The notes beneath the pieces are model-generated. The model made no database searches. It saw only the letters and a list, made by a program, of their open reading frames with translations, and had not been told where the DNA came from. A stretch of 59,144 nucleotides of DNA, filler included, from Porpidia crustulata (lineage: Eukaryota), in NCBI GenBank assembly GCA_964255105.1. It is 6 parts of 6 records of this genome, joined end to end, with 100 filler letters (N's around TTAATTAATTAA, not from the genome) between each part and the next. Parts side by side here need not be neighbours in the genome. Positions count along the whole stretch, not along the records: positions 29,645 to 39,413 come from CAXUWE010000888.1; positions 39,514 to 49,279 come from CAXUWE010000889.1; positions 49,380 to 59,144 come from CAXUWE010000890.1; 3 more parts are not named here. One strand, given 5' to 3'. Each line of letters opens with the position of its first letter. Positions within the stretch are counted from its first letter, which is position 1. Of the stretch, positions 38,191 through 51,037 are shown in pieces. The position numbers and the translations under genes were made by a program.

Positions 38191-39413
38191 AAAGAGGAAC
38201 CACGGTGGACTATATTTTGGGATCTGATGTATTAAGTGTATTAAAGCATCTTTGGTTGGCGGTTCATATTGTCAACGTCTCGGGTCAATGTGGACGTCCT
38301 TGGGATTCCAAAAGCGACGGTTAGTCGCACGGTCAAAAGCCTCGAAAAGCTTTGTTGGTACTTGTTGGATGGGATACATAAGTTGTAATATGGTTTTCAA
38401 ACCAGGAGAATGGAGCCTTCATTCGTTCGTTCACTAGCTAGGGATATCAAGACTGAACATTATCATAAAAACCATCTCTTCACAGAATTGAATGCCGCCC
38501 ATTGCTTTACACTGCTCAGAATCTGTCCTAATTGTTTCGTTCGCAAGCTACTCCCTTCAACTTTGAGTTTTGGTGGTGCAAACATGGCGTTCCACTTGAA
38601 ACGTATCCCACCACCTCCCGGAAATGAGTTGGCTGATGGAGTGATCATCTAGTCTTAGGCGCCAGCTACAACCGCCGTGATAATTTTCTATTGCATTGTT
38701 ACTCCATGATCAACTGCAAATCTATTGAAGACGGAGACGTCTGGAAAATCGGGCAATGTAATCATAGTCTTTAGGTGTTTGGATGAAAACACAAGCGGAG
38801 CATGGGACGGGATGAATTCCGCTGCATTGTTCTTAATGTAGACTAGGTCGATCAGAGAGTCGGCGTCATTGTAGGAGACAAAGGTTCTTAATGCTCGACA
38901 ATGCCATTGATAGTTGTCAATGCAAAGAATTGTATCACTCGACTGAAGGAAGTAGTTATTTGAATACTGAACATATGAAGCTCGAATAAAGCAACTGAGG
39001 ACTTTGTTTGAACTAGATCCGTCATTGTGCTTCGAGTCCTCTGCCTTACCGATTAATCGAGTGGGAGGCCCGAGGATCTTCGCCCACGCCATTACTAGCG
39101 ATCTGTACTACATTCTCCGGATCTCACTCCGTCCGCTCAACTCAAGTACGCAGAACCAAAGGAACAATTGAAAGCTCCCAGGCAATACATTCGTCGCTAC
39201 CTAGATAAATTCTTTGCTCCAAGAATATTCCAAAAGATTTGTCGTCAATTGGCCACTTCAAGGGTTTATTGCGCTCCACCTAATAATACAGATCAAGTAT
39301 CTTACGAATCATCATTCCTCCACCACGCATGGCTATGCAGGGTCCCTTAGAAAGCGGATTCAAGTCTTGAATGTAAACGCTGGCGACACCTACAACATCC
39401 CTCGACATGCCAC

Positions 39414-39513
39414 NNNNNNNNNNNNNNNNNNNNNNNNNNNNNNNNNNNNNNNNNNNNTTAATTAATTAANNNNNNNNNNNNNNNNNNNNNNNNNNNNNNN
39501 NNNNNNNNNNNNN
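39414..39513. other. Artificial contig spacer
   Basis: N44-TTAATTAATTAA-N44. Confidence 0.99.
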
Positions 39514-39612
39514 CATATTGAATTTCTAATTGATTTTTGAAGAAAGATGAAAGTAGTAAAGTGGGGTGGGCACGGGACCGGAACGTGCACGGGCCCGGGA
39601 ATACTCCTACTC
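39514..39612. mobile_element. Possible terminus of a DNA transposon at contig start
   Basis: AT-rich stretch, then direct subrepeats GCACGGGACCGG / GCACGGGCCCGG (39570, 39587), ending ...TACTCCTACTC. Only one end visible. Confidence 0.3.
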
Positions 39613-39816
39613 TTAAAGGGGCAGTTTTTGCCGAGCGGATTTCCCCCAAATCCATGCTCTATCAAGGATCACTCATAGAACTCAGCTTCCCGATTAACCA
39701 ATTGATTGGAGTCAAATAAAACGTATCAGGCATGAACACGACACCACATGCATCGAGCACTCCTAGTTTACGCTCTGTCATATTACTTAGGACTACAGAT
39801 TACTCGTCTCTCTGCC

Positions 39817-41043
39817 CTACTTTTGTTCAATTGTACATATGATTTTCCCCTTGGTCTTATTAGTTTCCATGAGCTTATGCGCTTCCACAATTTTTTCCAT
39901 CGGGAACACTTTCTCAACAAAGATCTTAAAGCTCCCGTCTCGCATTTTTGGTAAGGCATGATCTTCCAAAGTGTTCCTTAGCTTGCCCTGGTATTGTTCA
40001 TCTCGACTCCTCAAGCTACTGCCCTCGAACCGCACCCTCTTCCGGACAAAAGCACCAATGTCCACCCCAGCGGGCAATTTTGTACCACTCATCGCGCCCA
40101 AATGCACGACACGGCCATCCTTCGCCGCAGCATCTAGGTTGCCTTGGAAGTATTTCTGCCCCACAAAATCGATGATAAGGTCCACACCTTGACCATTGGT
40201 AGCAGTGAGTACTTCCTTGGACCAGTCTTGAGTGTTGTAATTGAACCCTGCAGTCGCGCCGAGTTCTTTCACACAGAAATCGATTTTTTCCTGCGACCCA
40301 GCAGTCACATAGATCGCTGAAGCGTTGTCCGCTTTGGATAATTGGATTCCAGCTATCGAGACTGAAGAGGCACCCGCGTGCCACAGGATCGATTTCCTCG
40401 GCGCAAATTCACCGACTAGATACATTGCTTGTGTGGCTGTGATCCAGGTCTTGACATGAAGATGCTAGCGTTAGTAAAGAGGACGGAAGCAAGATGCGCG
40501 GCTCCGCACCTCAGGCACGCCCGCCGCCTGTTCCCAAGATAGCTCCTTCGGCTTGTGGAGGAGCATATGCGTAGAAACAGCAATATACTCCGCATAAGCG
40601 CCTTGTGCTTCTCAGCTCGAACCTCTCTTGTTCGTTCAAATTCTCTGACGAACCACCATATGCCAAACCAAAGACTTCATCCCCAACACTGAAGCCCTTC
40701 TCCGCATCCTTCCCGAAGCTCTCGACTATACCCGAAAACTCTACGCCCAGCGTCTTCGGTGTCTGGGGTGGTACGGGATACAATCCTTCTCTTTGCAGTA
40801 AATCCATTCGATTGAGCCCGAAGGCTTTGACCTTCACTATTGCGTCGGTATCTCTGGCTTTTGGCTTTGGGATCTCATTGATAAAGAGCGCATCGGCATC
40901 ACCTTTACCTCCTTTGATATCTATGAGGTTATTCTAGAGTTAGTGAAACCCTTCAATGCCAGTATGGAAACTAATAATTGGACCAAACTACTCGGAAGAA
41001 AACGATGGGCAGGTTTACCGACGGCGCGCATGGTTTCGCCCAT
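39817..41043 (-). CDS. NADPH:quinone oxidoreductase, PIG3/zeta-crystallin (MDR) family (4 exons)
   Basis: MGETMRAV|DIKGG...VKVKAFGLNRMDLLQREGLYP...LGVEFSG...GGAYAEY...PE|TWITATQA...WHAGASSVSIAGIQL...GKII. Confidence 0.93.
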
Positions 41044-41518
41044 CGTCGCTCTGGTTATAGATTACAGTAACGCAAGAGGCAGAAACACAAGGCTTTACAA
41101 AAAAGTGGGGTGAGAAGAATCGGTGAGATGGCAGCTTCGTATCATAGAAAGAGGAGAGCAATATAGATTTGTCATCGTTAAAACGAGTTCCAAATGACCT
41201 CACATCACCCATAGTCAAGCCCCGCCGGGGTTAAGACGGACATAATAGACAGCACGTATCATCATCCTGACTCCTATTTTTGTATCGAAACTCTGGTAGG
41301 AATTGTTGTGTAGCGAAATCACTCGACAAATTTAGCTTGAAATCATCGGAAATGGAGACGATGTTTCGCAAACCGGAAACAGATTCGATTGACATTTACC
41401 CAGTCTTGCAACCCGAGCAAGACGGGTTTCCAATAGTATGAATAAAAGCCAGCGGTTCATTATCGGATCGGACTCAGAACTCCCCTGTGTATGGAATCGA
41501 ACAAGCATAAAGAATTGC

Positions 41519-43626
41519 CTAATCAATGTTGTACATTTTGATCATATCTGCTAATTTTCGAGATTCGGTAGAGTAATTCATGACGTTGGCCCCTGATACT
41601 TGGTAACGTACTCTTGATGATTGTTAGTATCATTAGCAACAGATTTTCGAGGATCTAACTAACCGCTGTTGGTCTTGGAAATTGTCCATTTTGGCTCTGC
41701 ACTTGAACACCCAGGATTTGCATGTCGCTTCTTGGAATGCTTCTGCGGCGGCTTGTTCATTGTTCTCTTTCAGATCCATCAGCTGATCAGCGCTCATGCC
41801 CATGACCAGCCTGCCAACATCGTCGAAACAGCTGAGCCACAGTTGTCCTGTGTGATCGCTGACATTGATAGACATAATGTAACGGTTCTCTGGCTTCGGG
41901 TGGGACTTGTCACACCGTTCGCACCGCCATTGTCCAGGTTCCAACTCCACTACTTTCTTGTTGCAACCTTCTGATAAGCACGCTGGATAGGAGACGTTTT
42001 CTTGCTTGACGTAGATGATTGTTGCCTTGACACTGAAGTAGTCGGTAGCCTCCGACATTCCTAGGTTCTCCTCTTTTACTTGGAGAATTGTCTTCAGCGG
42101 ATCATTTCGACCACCAGCGGCACCCGACCCGCTCATCCCAGCATGTGAAGCAAATGTATCGTTCCGCCCTTGCGCATCATACCACCCTTTTAGCTTGTGC
42201 GCGTCGTCTATGTCGGGATCCACAGTCATAGATCCAGAACTGAGTAAGCTCAGACTTCTTCCATTGAAGTCAGATACCTTCAGACCTTTGAATGCAATTA
42301 CAGATTCGGGCATGACATCAAAGGTTGTTGCAGTGTTTCCCCAGATGGTAAGCCGCACAGAGTAGCCAGTGTTATCAACAAGTGTAAGTTCACGCTTGTC
42401 GTAAGGTTTGCTGGTACTCTTCGATATAATTTGAGAGGTTTCACCAACCTCTTTGAGTATACCGATTGTATCGATGGTGGTGTCTTTCTCAACTGTTTGA
42501 AGGTCGCCAATATTAGTAAAGTTGAAGCGAACTTGAGGTACACCACTTTGCTCCTCCGCCTACAGTTGATGATTAGCGAGACTACTAGTCGTTTAGGGAG
42601 CAAGCTCAGGACTCACCTTTTCCACTAACGTCTCACGTTCGAAGGTAAGCTCGTAGTCGTTATTGAGATTTGTGAACTGCTTCTTGGCTAGCTGTACCCG
42701 GCAGGGCGCACTGATATAGTACACTCCGCCCTCTTGGAATAACTCATAGAGTGCGTCACATTCATTGTTAAAGCCTGTGCCTCGGATTTCTCCACTCTCA
42801 TCCAGAAGATTGACACTGAACAGCTTGCCCTCTCCGTTCTTGTTGTGCCAAGTCTTGATATCTGATTTGTTCGTACATCTGGCCTTTATGGTCCATTTGT
42901 GAGCGTAAGGCGACAGTGCTTCTATAGGATATATGTTTGCATGAGCCGGCGAAGCAGTCACATTTGTCCTTGACGGTAGCGATTGCTGCTGTTGCTGCGC
43001 GGGTTTATTGCCGTAGAACCCATCACTGCCGATAGTAGTTGACTGAGGCTTTGTATCCCCAGGCTTAAACTCCAATGCTTGTGGCTCACCAATCTTCTCA
43101 CATTCGCCGAGTCCCTCGAGGACTTCGAGATCAAGAACGATTATAATTCTGAGCAGCATGTAAGCACTAGTTCGTTCGAGGATTTGTATTTGGCACACCT
43201 CTTTCCCTTGATGTGATTTGCTTGGAACGACTTCAGCCGGACAAAACATCCCTTTTTTAATCTGCCATCATGAACGACATGGTTGACCTCTACTGAGTTC
43301 AGCAAAGTCTTTGCTACGATGACGGCGACCATAGGACCATCCATATATAAGCAGAAGAGAATACTTACGAGTGGCTAGCATGCTTTGTACAAAATTCAAG
43401 ATATCGCTAAAGACAACCCTGTACCGCTCTGGGGCACCCTGCTGACCAGCGAGGGGTTTGACCTGTACGCATTGTAGAATGGGTTGTGTAACAGTGGCAT
43501 TGGGATCATCGCTGGAGTTGAATATTGCACTGTACAATATCAGCGCCAGCCACGATGAATAGATTGCTTGCCACACGCCTACTTTAGTGAGCCTTGGTTG
43601 ATGTGCGAAGCTGCATCGGCTGTCAT
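41519..43626 (-). CDS. RFA1: Replication protein A large subunit (RPA70), multi-exon
   Basis: IYPIEALSPYAHKWTIKARCTNKSDIKTWHNKNGEGKLFSVNLLDESGEIR. Zn ribbon YPACLSEGCNKKV...CERC. Last exon RVRYQVSGANVMNY...IKMYNID*. Confidence 0.97.
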
Positions 43627-43731
43627 TGTGAATTTTCAGTGAGACCGAGCTCTTGGCTGCTACGTTGATAATGGAATAATGTATTAAGGCGGTTGTTCTC
43701 TATCAAGCTCAATTGATAGATCAACAGGCAG

Positions 43732-43766
43732 ACGCGTTGTTTGGAACGTGTAAAGCCGTTTTCGTG
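43732..43766. promoter_or_regulatory. MCB (ACGCGT, 43732-43737) and SCB-like (CACGAAAA, minus, 43759-43766) G1/S elements upstream of RFA1
   Basis: Exact consensus matches 105-140 bp upstream of the RFA1 ATG. RFA1 is an established MBF target in yeasts. Confidence 0.6.
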
Positions 43767-43897
43767 TCACTTCTAATCAGTGCCCCACCGTGTCGTATTA
43801 TACATAAATTACAATACAGATATGAAGAAAGGCAATTGAGATCAGGCAAAGATACTGCTACCACTCTCGGATAATTCTAGTAATTGAAGATCCTATA

Positions 43898-45374
43898 ATG
43901 CCAGACTCAGATGTTGCTACGAAGGCGCCCGAGAGCGATGCGCAAGAACGTAGCATAATACCTGGCGATACACCAACGCAGGCAGGCACAAGCATGGGGG
44001 TCAGCCGCCTTATAAGAGTAGCTTAAACAAAGCTAATGGAGCTGTTCAGGAGCACTGCTCAACGGATCGGCCATCTCGTAAGCTGATGGTGGTTCTACAC
44101 TTTGTTTGTCATACTAAGTAGGCATCCCAGCGGGCGGGACTCCAAGTGGTGTGGGTTTGAAGTGCCCTGTCTAAAGGCTAGGAGGCTCATTATGATGGCA
44201 TAGGAAATATCGCAAATTGCGGATGTAGAGGTGAGCAGAATTTTCAAGCCGCAACCTGCGAGACGCTTAATGCGTTAGGTTTACATATCGAAACCCAGCG
44301 ACTATCCTCATCTACCCTCTAAGCTGCTGGTCATGTTAACTAGCGGTACTGGAATACACTCTACAAATAACCAACTTCAGGCAGATAAATATGCAGGCGA
44401 AGGTTTTCTTGTTGTTATGCCTGATCAGTAAGTCCAATTCAAAGGTAAGACTGAAGCATTTTTGACGTTGGTATCAAGATTTGGAGGGGATGCAATACCG
44501 CATATTAAGATTGATCCCAATGAAGAACCTTCTGTGATTGAAAAGGTGAAAATAGGCATGGCCGAGACGGTTAAGTCTTTCAGGATAGATATGTGGCTTG
44601 CACGGCAGACACAGGAAAAGGTATTACCGATCCTGCGCAAGGTAATTGAAGGGGCCAAGGAAGAGTTTGCGGATGCGGTCGCCAATGGTGGAGGAGTCTA
44701 TGCCGTAGGCTATTGCTTTGGCGGAAAATATGTGTGCCTTTTAGGATCTGTATTGCCAGCCACTGTAGCTCACGGACAAGGCCTGAAAGACGAGGAGCAA
44801 GGAATGGCCAAGGAGGAGCCTGTGATTAGAGCTGGCGCCTTCGCTCATGGTATGGGCATACGATGACCTTTCACAGATTGTTCGCTGACAACATTTACAG
44901 GCACTCTAATTACTAAAGAGGATCTGGAAGGGTTGAAGTCGCCAATCTCAATAGCGTGTACCGGTACGTTTCAGGAAGAACTGCAATCGCACGTTGTTGC
45001 ATTTTTTCTCCAATTTCCGATCAATGACGATTTTCACTGATCGAGTTGACAGAGAACGACCCGCTATTCCCAGATGATATCCGCATCGCAGGACAGAAAT
45101 TTCTTGAAGAACACAAGACAGATCATGAAATGAAGGTGTATCCAGGTGCTCCCCATGGTTAGTGACTCTTCGCAATCCCCATAGTCTTGAATCTTGACTC
45201 AAGTGTCACTCACGGAAACGTTGACCTGTTCAAGCAACCTTGAGTGATGAAGGAGCCTGTACACTAACATTTTGCATAGGATTTGCGGTTGTTGGAGAGT
45301 ACGAGGATCCTAAAATTCAGGAAGCACAGAGATCGGCATTCGACCAGATGATTACATGGCTCAAGTCTCATTAA
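43898..45374 (+). CDS. Dienelactone hydrolase family alpha/beta hydrolase, many small exons
   Basis: Spliced ...SMG|EHCSTDRPS|PGGTPSG|EISQIADVE|VYISKP...NNQLQADKYAGEGFLVVMPD. Nucleophile motif GYCFGG. VYPGAPH|GFAV. Confidence 0.9.
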
Positions 45375-45657
45375 TCATCCTCATATATCACATGGTATTC
45401 TAGAATATCTTTCCAAATAATTGCATTGTTCTTGATAGCCGAGTCTTCGTAGCGATCTTCAATGCTCCGTCACCACGTAAGGTAATCCTGATTATGTACT
45501 ATTCCCAAGTATCATCCATGCAGTTGTCCGTTAACGTAGTACAAGGTTCGATCTCTAATTAGATGCAGTTTTCAGAATGTGATACGAAAAGCTCGACACT
45601 TGATCGAGGACCTTCGTCATGCACCCATGTGGCCGTCACGTCGAGGATTTAAAGTTA

Positions 45658-45793
45658 CTCTTATCCACCCCTCGTTCGATTACACCCCTAGTTCGAAATT
45701 GCACTTAGAGTTAGGGCTAAAATGCTCTCTGGACCCTAACCCTAAGTGTAGTGTTCGAACTAGGGGTGTAATCGAACGAGGGGTGGATACGAG
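45658..45793. mobile_element. 136-bp MITE, Tc1/mariner-pogo type, TA target-site duplication
   Basis: TA|CTCTTATCCACCCCTCGTTCGATTACACCCCTAGTTCGAA...TTCGAACTAGGGGTGTAATCGAACGAGGGGTGGATACGAG|TA. TIR match is 39/40, extending imperfectly to ~60 bp. Confidence 0.88.
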
Positions 45794-45969
45794 TATCTAT
45801 GATTAGATAGAGTAAGATACTCTAGTGACTAGCCTACTACGTATTGTAATGTATCTATCAACATAACATTTTATGGTCTCAGCTGCATCGACTCATTAAG
45901 CTCCTTCTTTTACTTGCACCAGCATCTAATTTACACCTAGTGAGGGACTACTTAAGACCAGGCTTTTCT

Positions 45970-48671
45970 ATGATGGCTTGTACCCACGTAGATGCTTCCC
46001 GTAGATTCTCCCATTTCGACGTCGAAAAATCATGTTACTCATAGTGTTCTTAGGATTACATGCACCAACTGCAACGCAATCAGTATACCGAGAAGACTGT
46101 ACACAATGTTTTGGTTCCATAGTATGTGGCTCTATTCAGTCGTGGCTTTGGAGGTGCCACTGATCGCAGTAATTCAAGGATGATCCATCGGGCTTGAATA
46201 TTTGTCTGCACTGCTTCAATGGAGGGTGTACAACAGACACAGACCATGCAAGGCTCCATAGCAAGACATTGAAACATCCATTAGTACTCAACATACAGAG
46301 AAGTCGGAAAAAAATTAAGGTCAGCCAATCTTGAGGTGATCCTTCCAAGAAAACACCGACATAACACACAGCTTTGCAGAAGGCTGCGATTACAGGCATA
46401 TGGACGGCTGACGGTTGTGGTAGCGTGACGAGCCTCCACAAAAGATATCAAAGCTTGCAGTAGCTGCGGAAACGGAGGCAGATCGCTACAACACTAAAAC
46501 GCAAGTTCGATGTTACGACTGCGGTGTGAACGATGTTCAGAGCACAAACGGGAACCTTTTAGAAGTTGTCGATGCGGTGCTTAAAGCCAACACCTTCAGT
46601 AGGCAGGCAGAAGTACAAGCTTGGGAGCAAGAAATGACGCCATGCGAGCACACCTTATGTTTAACGCAAGAAGTGGCCCGTCAGATTGACTCTCAGGGTG
46701 TGTTCAGGGCCGTATCTAATGAGTTCACGAACTGACTGGAAATAAAGATCTTGGCCATTGCTCGATGTGCGATTTGAAGGAGAATTTGTGGCTGTGCCTT
46801 GAATGTGGAAACCTTGGATGTGGTCGAGCCCAATTCGGAGGAGCTGGTGGCAATAGCCATGGCCTTAAACATACTGAGGTCACTAATCATGCTGTCGCTG
46901 TCAAGCTGGGCTCAATAACGCCCGAAGGGACCGCCGACATATACTGTTACGCTTGTAATGATGAGAGAGTCGATCCAGAGCTCGTCGCGCATCTAGCTCA
47001 TTGGGGTATCAATATTACTGAGCGCCAGAAGACAGAGAAAAGCCTCGTAGAAATGCAGATCGAGCAAAATCTCAAATGGGAATTCGCTATGACCACGAAA
47101 GATGGCAAAGAGTTGGAACCATTGTTTGGACCAGGATTTACAGGATTGAGAAACTTAGGCAATAGCTGTTACCTGGCTAGTATATTGCAGTGTCTCTTTT
47201 CAATGACCGCATTCCAAGAGAGATACTACCATCCAAAAAGCTCCCCTCCACCGTCTCAAACACCTGCGGAAGACTTCGAAACACAGCTGAGAAAGATGGC
47301 AGATGGATTGCTATCAGGCCGTTATTCCAATCCCGATACGGAAATCGTTGCATCAGAGTCCTCTCCAGAAATTCCTCATCAAAAGGGCATTACACCTGCA
47401 ATGCTGAAACACTTGATAGGCCGAGGTCATGAAGAATTCTCTACTATGCGTCAACAGGACGCTTTTGAGCTGCTCCTCCATCTCCTGAAGCTAATCACCC
47501 GGTCCCCACACAATCCGCCTTTGAGTGATCCTGTCCAGTCGTTTCGATTCGTGATGGAGCAACGTCTCCAGTGTGTATCCTGCAAGAAAGTTCGCTATCG
47601 AACTGATGAGCAAGATAATATCTCCATCCCCGTCCCTGTAAGACGTAAGTTACGCGTTATGAATGGAGATCCTGGAACGGAAAAGCAGAAGGATGAATTT
47701 GAGTCTGTCACTCTCAAAGAATGCCTTGATACATTTACTGGCACCGAGCTTGTAGAACTTACATGTCCAGCTTGTGGCAACAAAGATGGGTTTACCAAAC
47801 GCTCATTGTTCAAGACTTTCCCAGACACCTTAGCTGTTAACGCTAGACGCTTCGAGCTTGTCAACTGGGTTCCAACAAAGCTGGACGTTCCTGTAGTGGT
47901 GAACGACGAGCCGTTCAACTTAGGGGTTTACATGGCGCAGCCAAAACCAGTCAACGAAGAGCTTCTTCCCGAAGATGTCGAAAACAGCAGCGGCGCTAGA
48001 CCTGGATTCTCTCCAAACGAGGCAGCCATCGGTCAGCTAGAGGCTATGGGATTTCGTCGTGTGCGATGCGAAAAGGCGTTGCATGCCACAGGAAACACGG
48101 ATGCCGAAACTGCCATGGCCTGGCTTTTCGAGCATATGGAAGACCCAGATATTGATACCCCACTTAATCTCAGCGGCGAAAGCAGACCAAGTGGTGGTGT
48201 TCGTGTCAACCCAGATAGTATTGAAGCACTAGGAGCCATGGGCATAGGTGCACCTCAAGCACGGAAGGCGCTGAAAGAGACCGAGGGAGACGTCAATAGA
48301 GCGCTTGATTGGGTGTTCAGCCATCCAGATGATCAAGGGAACTTTGAAGATGAGGAAACTACAAATACCCCCGAGGAAAGCAGGAAGACGATAGCCGGGA
48401 GTGCCGAGCTGCCAGCAAATTTCAGGCTTCATAGTATCGTATGCCATAAAGGAGCCAGCATTCACGCCGGGTAAGTTGTTCTCCGAGATTACCGAGCGGA
48501 TCAGAAAGCTGACCGGTGGGGCGTAGACATTACGTGGCCTTTGTGCGAAAATACGTTGCCGACGAGGGGAAAGAGAGATGGGTGCTCTTCAACGACGAGA
48601 AGGTTGTCAAGGCGGTCGACGTGGAAGAGATGAAGAAATTCGCATATGTGTACTTCTTCACCCGGGCCTAG
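45970..48671 (+). CDS. UBP14: Ubiquitin C-terminal hydrolase 14 (USP5/13 orthologue), multi-exon
   Basis: N-terminal ZnF (EDCTQCF, ICLHCFNGGC). ZnF-UBP LWLCLECGNLGCGR. Cys box GLRNLGNSCYLAS. Two UBA domains. His box HKGASIHAG|HYVAFV...WVLFNDEKV. Confidence 0.97.
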
Positions 48672-49279
48672 TTGTCATGCAGGAGTCGAGTAATGAGAGG
48701 CTGGAAGGATAGGGAATGATTTGAACCAATATGTATGCATTACTTTGGGAGTCATGGATTCATAGAGACCACCATGGAAGGCAACACTCATAGAGCATGG
48801 CATAGCATGGTATAGAATGACGGGAGCAACTAAGCTATTCACTGAGACGTCAATCACTAATGCCCAAATACTATCACGACTGCTGAACAGGGATCCAGTA
48901 GTGCACCTTAGCCATATCTCGCTCGAATGCTACAGATCTAGATCTACCGCCAGCCAATAGCGTGATACCTCAACTGGCGAGATACTAGTGTTTTTCATAA
49001 AATCAATCTCTCCCAAATCCCTCTCTGGGGATTGAGCAGCACCTAATTTTTCTCGTTTTTTAAGTTGCGTTTCTTGGGGATATCGTCGTCATTTCTGATA
49101 TATTCTATTCTTTCTTCTCACCTCATTCCCCCTTCCTCTATCAATCCCCAATAAGCCCCATCAACCCTATCCTATCCCCGCAATCCACCCAGATCCCAAT
49201 AACCCCCCAATCCACACATCGCAACAACCTCACACCAATATCAATCTCTCCCCCCGACACCAACAACACCAAACTATAC

Positions 49280-49379
49280 NNNNNNNNNNNNNNNNNNNNN
49301 NNNNNNNNNNNNNNNNNNNNNNNTTAATTAATTAANNNNNNNNNNNNNNNNNNNNNNNNNNNNNNNNNNNNNNNNNNNN
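49280..49379. other. Artificial contig spacer
   Basis: N44-TTAATTAATTAA-N44. Confidence 0.99.
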
Positions 49380-49777
49380 CCTCCCTTTCCCCCCAAATCG
49401 AAAACTCGCAGATTTCGATCCCCAGCACCTCCCGCCCCGACGAAAGTCTTGCCCGAACCGTACAATCAGCGCAACGGATCTGCGATATGAACGATCTTTG
49501 AAGATGAATCAAAAGTAGAACAAGGAGCTCAATTGAATCGTGACGTGAGTTTGTTGAGCGGTGGACGAGTACAACAGATTCTCACAGTCTCACAGATTGG
49601 GGCTGATAGATCAAGGCAGTACCGCCAGCTAGTTAGACAAGTGAGACTCCGCTAACATAAATAAAAGCGCGCCATATCCCCAAAACCGCCTGTAGGGTAT
49701 CATCGCTTTTCGAAAATCAAAGATCCCTCCCACGCCGAGCTTCAGCGTTCATAGTCCCGCTTAAAATTATGATGTCC

Positions 49778-51037
49778 TTACCACTTTTTCTCTTGGTATT
49801 TCATGCTACCTCGTCCCTTGAATTTTACGGCGCCACCGGAGTCCCCGGAGCCGTCGAGTCGTCCGTCCTTGCCATTTTTGTGGTTGGCGCTTGTCCATCT
49901 GTAATCCGATCCTGTATGAGCCGAGTCACGGCGTCCTCTACCATGCCCATCACGTCCCCTTCCATAGTCCGGATCCTTGGACCCCCAATGGGTTTTTACT
50001 CTTCCTCCGTCCCTCGCCCTGATATCCCGCCCTGTACTTCTTGATCTGCTCTTTGTATGTCTCCTCCTTAAATGCGGGCTACGGCTATGCCTCGATCGAG
50101 ATCGTGAAGGTGGTAGACTCCGCTTCCGGCTTTTGCGAGGGGGTGAGGGGGAAAGAACGTGAGGCGAAGGAGACCGTGTCAGCGTGCGACCACGGCGGGT
50201 TTCGTCAAGAGCGAAATCGCTTTTGCGGCGGGGAGGTCGGGATGACGGCTGGGTGATTTTGCTTTGGCGGCGGGAAGGGGAGGGAGAGCGTGAGGGCGAG
50301 GGCGAACGTCCAGGGTCTCTGCGGCCACGAGCCGAGGTTTGTTGTTTAAGGGACGGCCTAGGGACTTTCTTGCGTTGGTCTAGTTCGCCGCAGTGGGATA
50401 TTATGATCTCGCTTAGAGGGCGGTCTTTACTATCAACAGGCACTTTGGCCATGCTGTGTAAGATGTCGAGACCGCTGACAATGTGGCCAAAGACCGTGTG
50501 TTTGGTGTTTAGGTGGGGGCAAGCAGCAAGGGTTATAAAAAATCTGCGTGAAGGGATCCTCAGTCTCCTGTGTCCATGTTTAAAGTTATTGGTTGCAAAG
50601 GCAGATGGACTGACTGGCTACTGTTGGTGCCCTTTCCCCTATTTGCCATGCAGACCAGCCCTTCTACATCAATCTCCCTCCATCCGATATTTTCGTCGTC
50701 AAATTCGCCTCCATAGATACTAGTACCACCTGTACCATCCCCCACAGTGATATCTCCGCCCTGAATCATGAACTCATCGATAACACGATGGAATGGGGAC
50801 AGCTTGTAGGTGAGGGGCTTCGAACCGGAAGGAGGGGTATATGTAGAATTACATATTGTACGGAAGCTGTCGAGCGTCAGATGACGGTAGCTTTGGAAGT
50901 TAATAGGTGGAGTTTGAATACTTCTCGCAGGTTTTGGGAGCTTTGTCGTTGAACAGCTCGATAGTAATGCGGCCGAAACGTTCGGGGCCTGATTGGATAT
51001 CGAGGAAAAGTCTCGGACGGTAAGGAGGATCCGCCAT
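49778..51037 (-). CDS. Cyclophilin-type PPIase with Arg/Ser-rich C-terminal tail (SR-cyclophilin/PPIG-like; 3 exons)
   Basis: [14 protein letters not shown]...[23 protein letters not shown]...[14 protein letters not shown]...[32 protein letters not shown] repeats. Ends [11 protein letters not shown]. Confidence 0.93.

Noticed and set aside
38688..39413. Short ORFs at the end of contig 4
   Set aside because: No consistent reading frame or recognisable domain.
45158..45279. Box C-like GTGATGA and TCACTCA/TGAGTGA stem in the last dienelactone hydrolase intron (snoRNA?)
   Set aside because: No downstream box D (CTGA) and box C lies too close to the branch point.
45708..45746. TTAGGG/CCCTAA hexamers as an interstitial telomere or fusion site
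   Set aside because: Only about two units per arm, and they are part of the MITE's inverted arms.
9787..49379. Five identical TTAATTAATTAA palindromes at ~9.87-kb spacing, and ORFs ending in X...LIN
   Set aside because: Artificial contig-joining spacers. The spacing only reflects length-sorted contigs (9786, 9781, 9777, 9769, 9766, 9765 bp).
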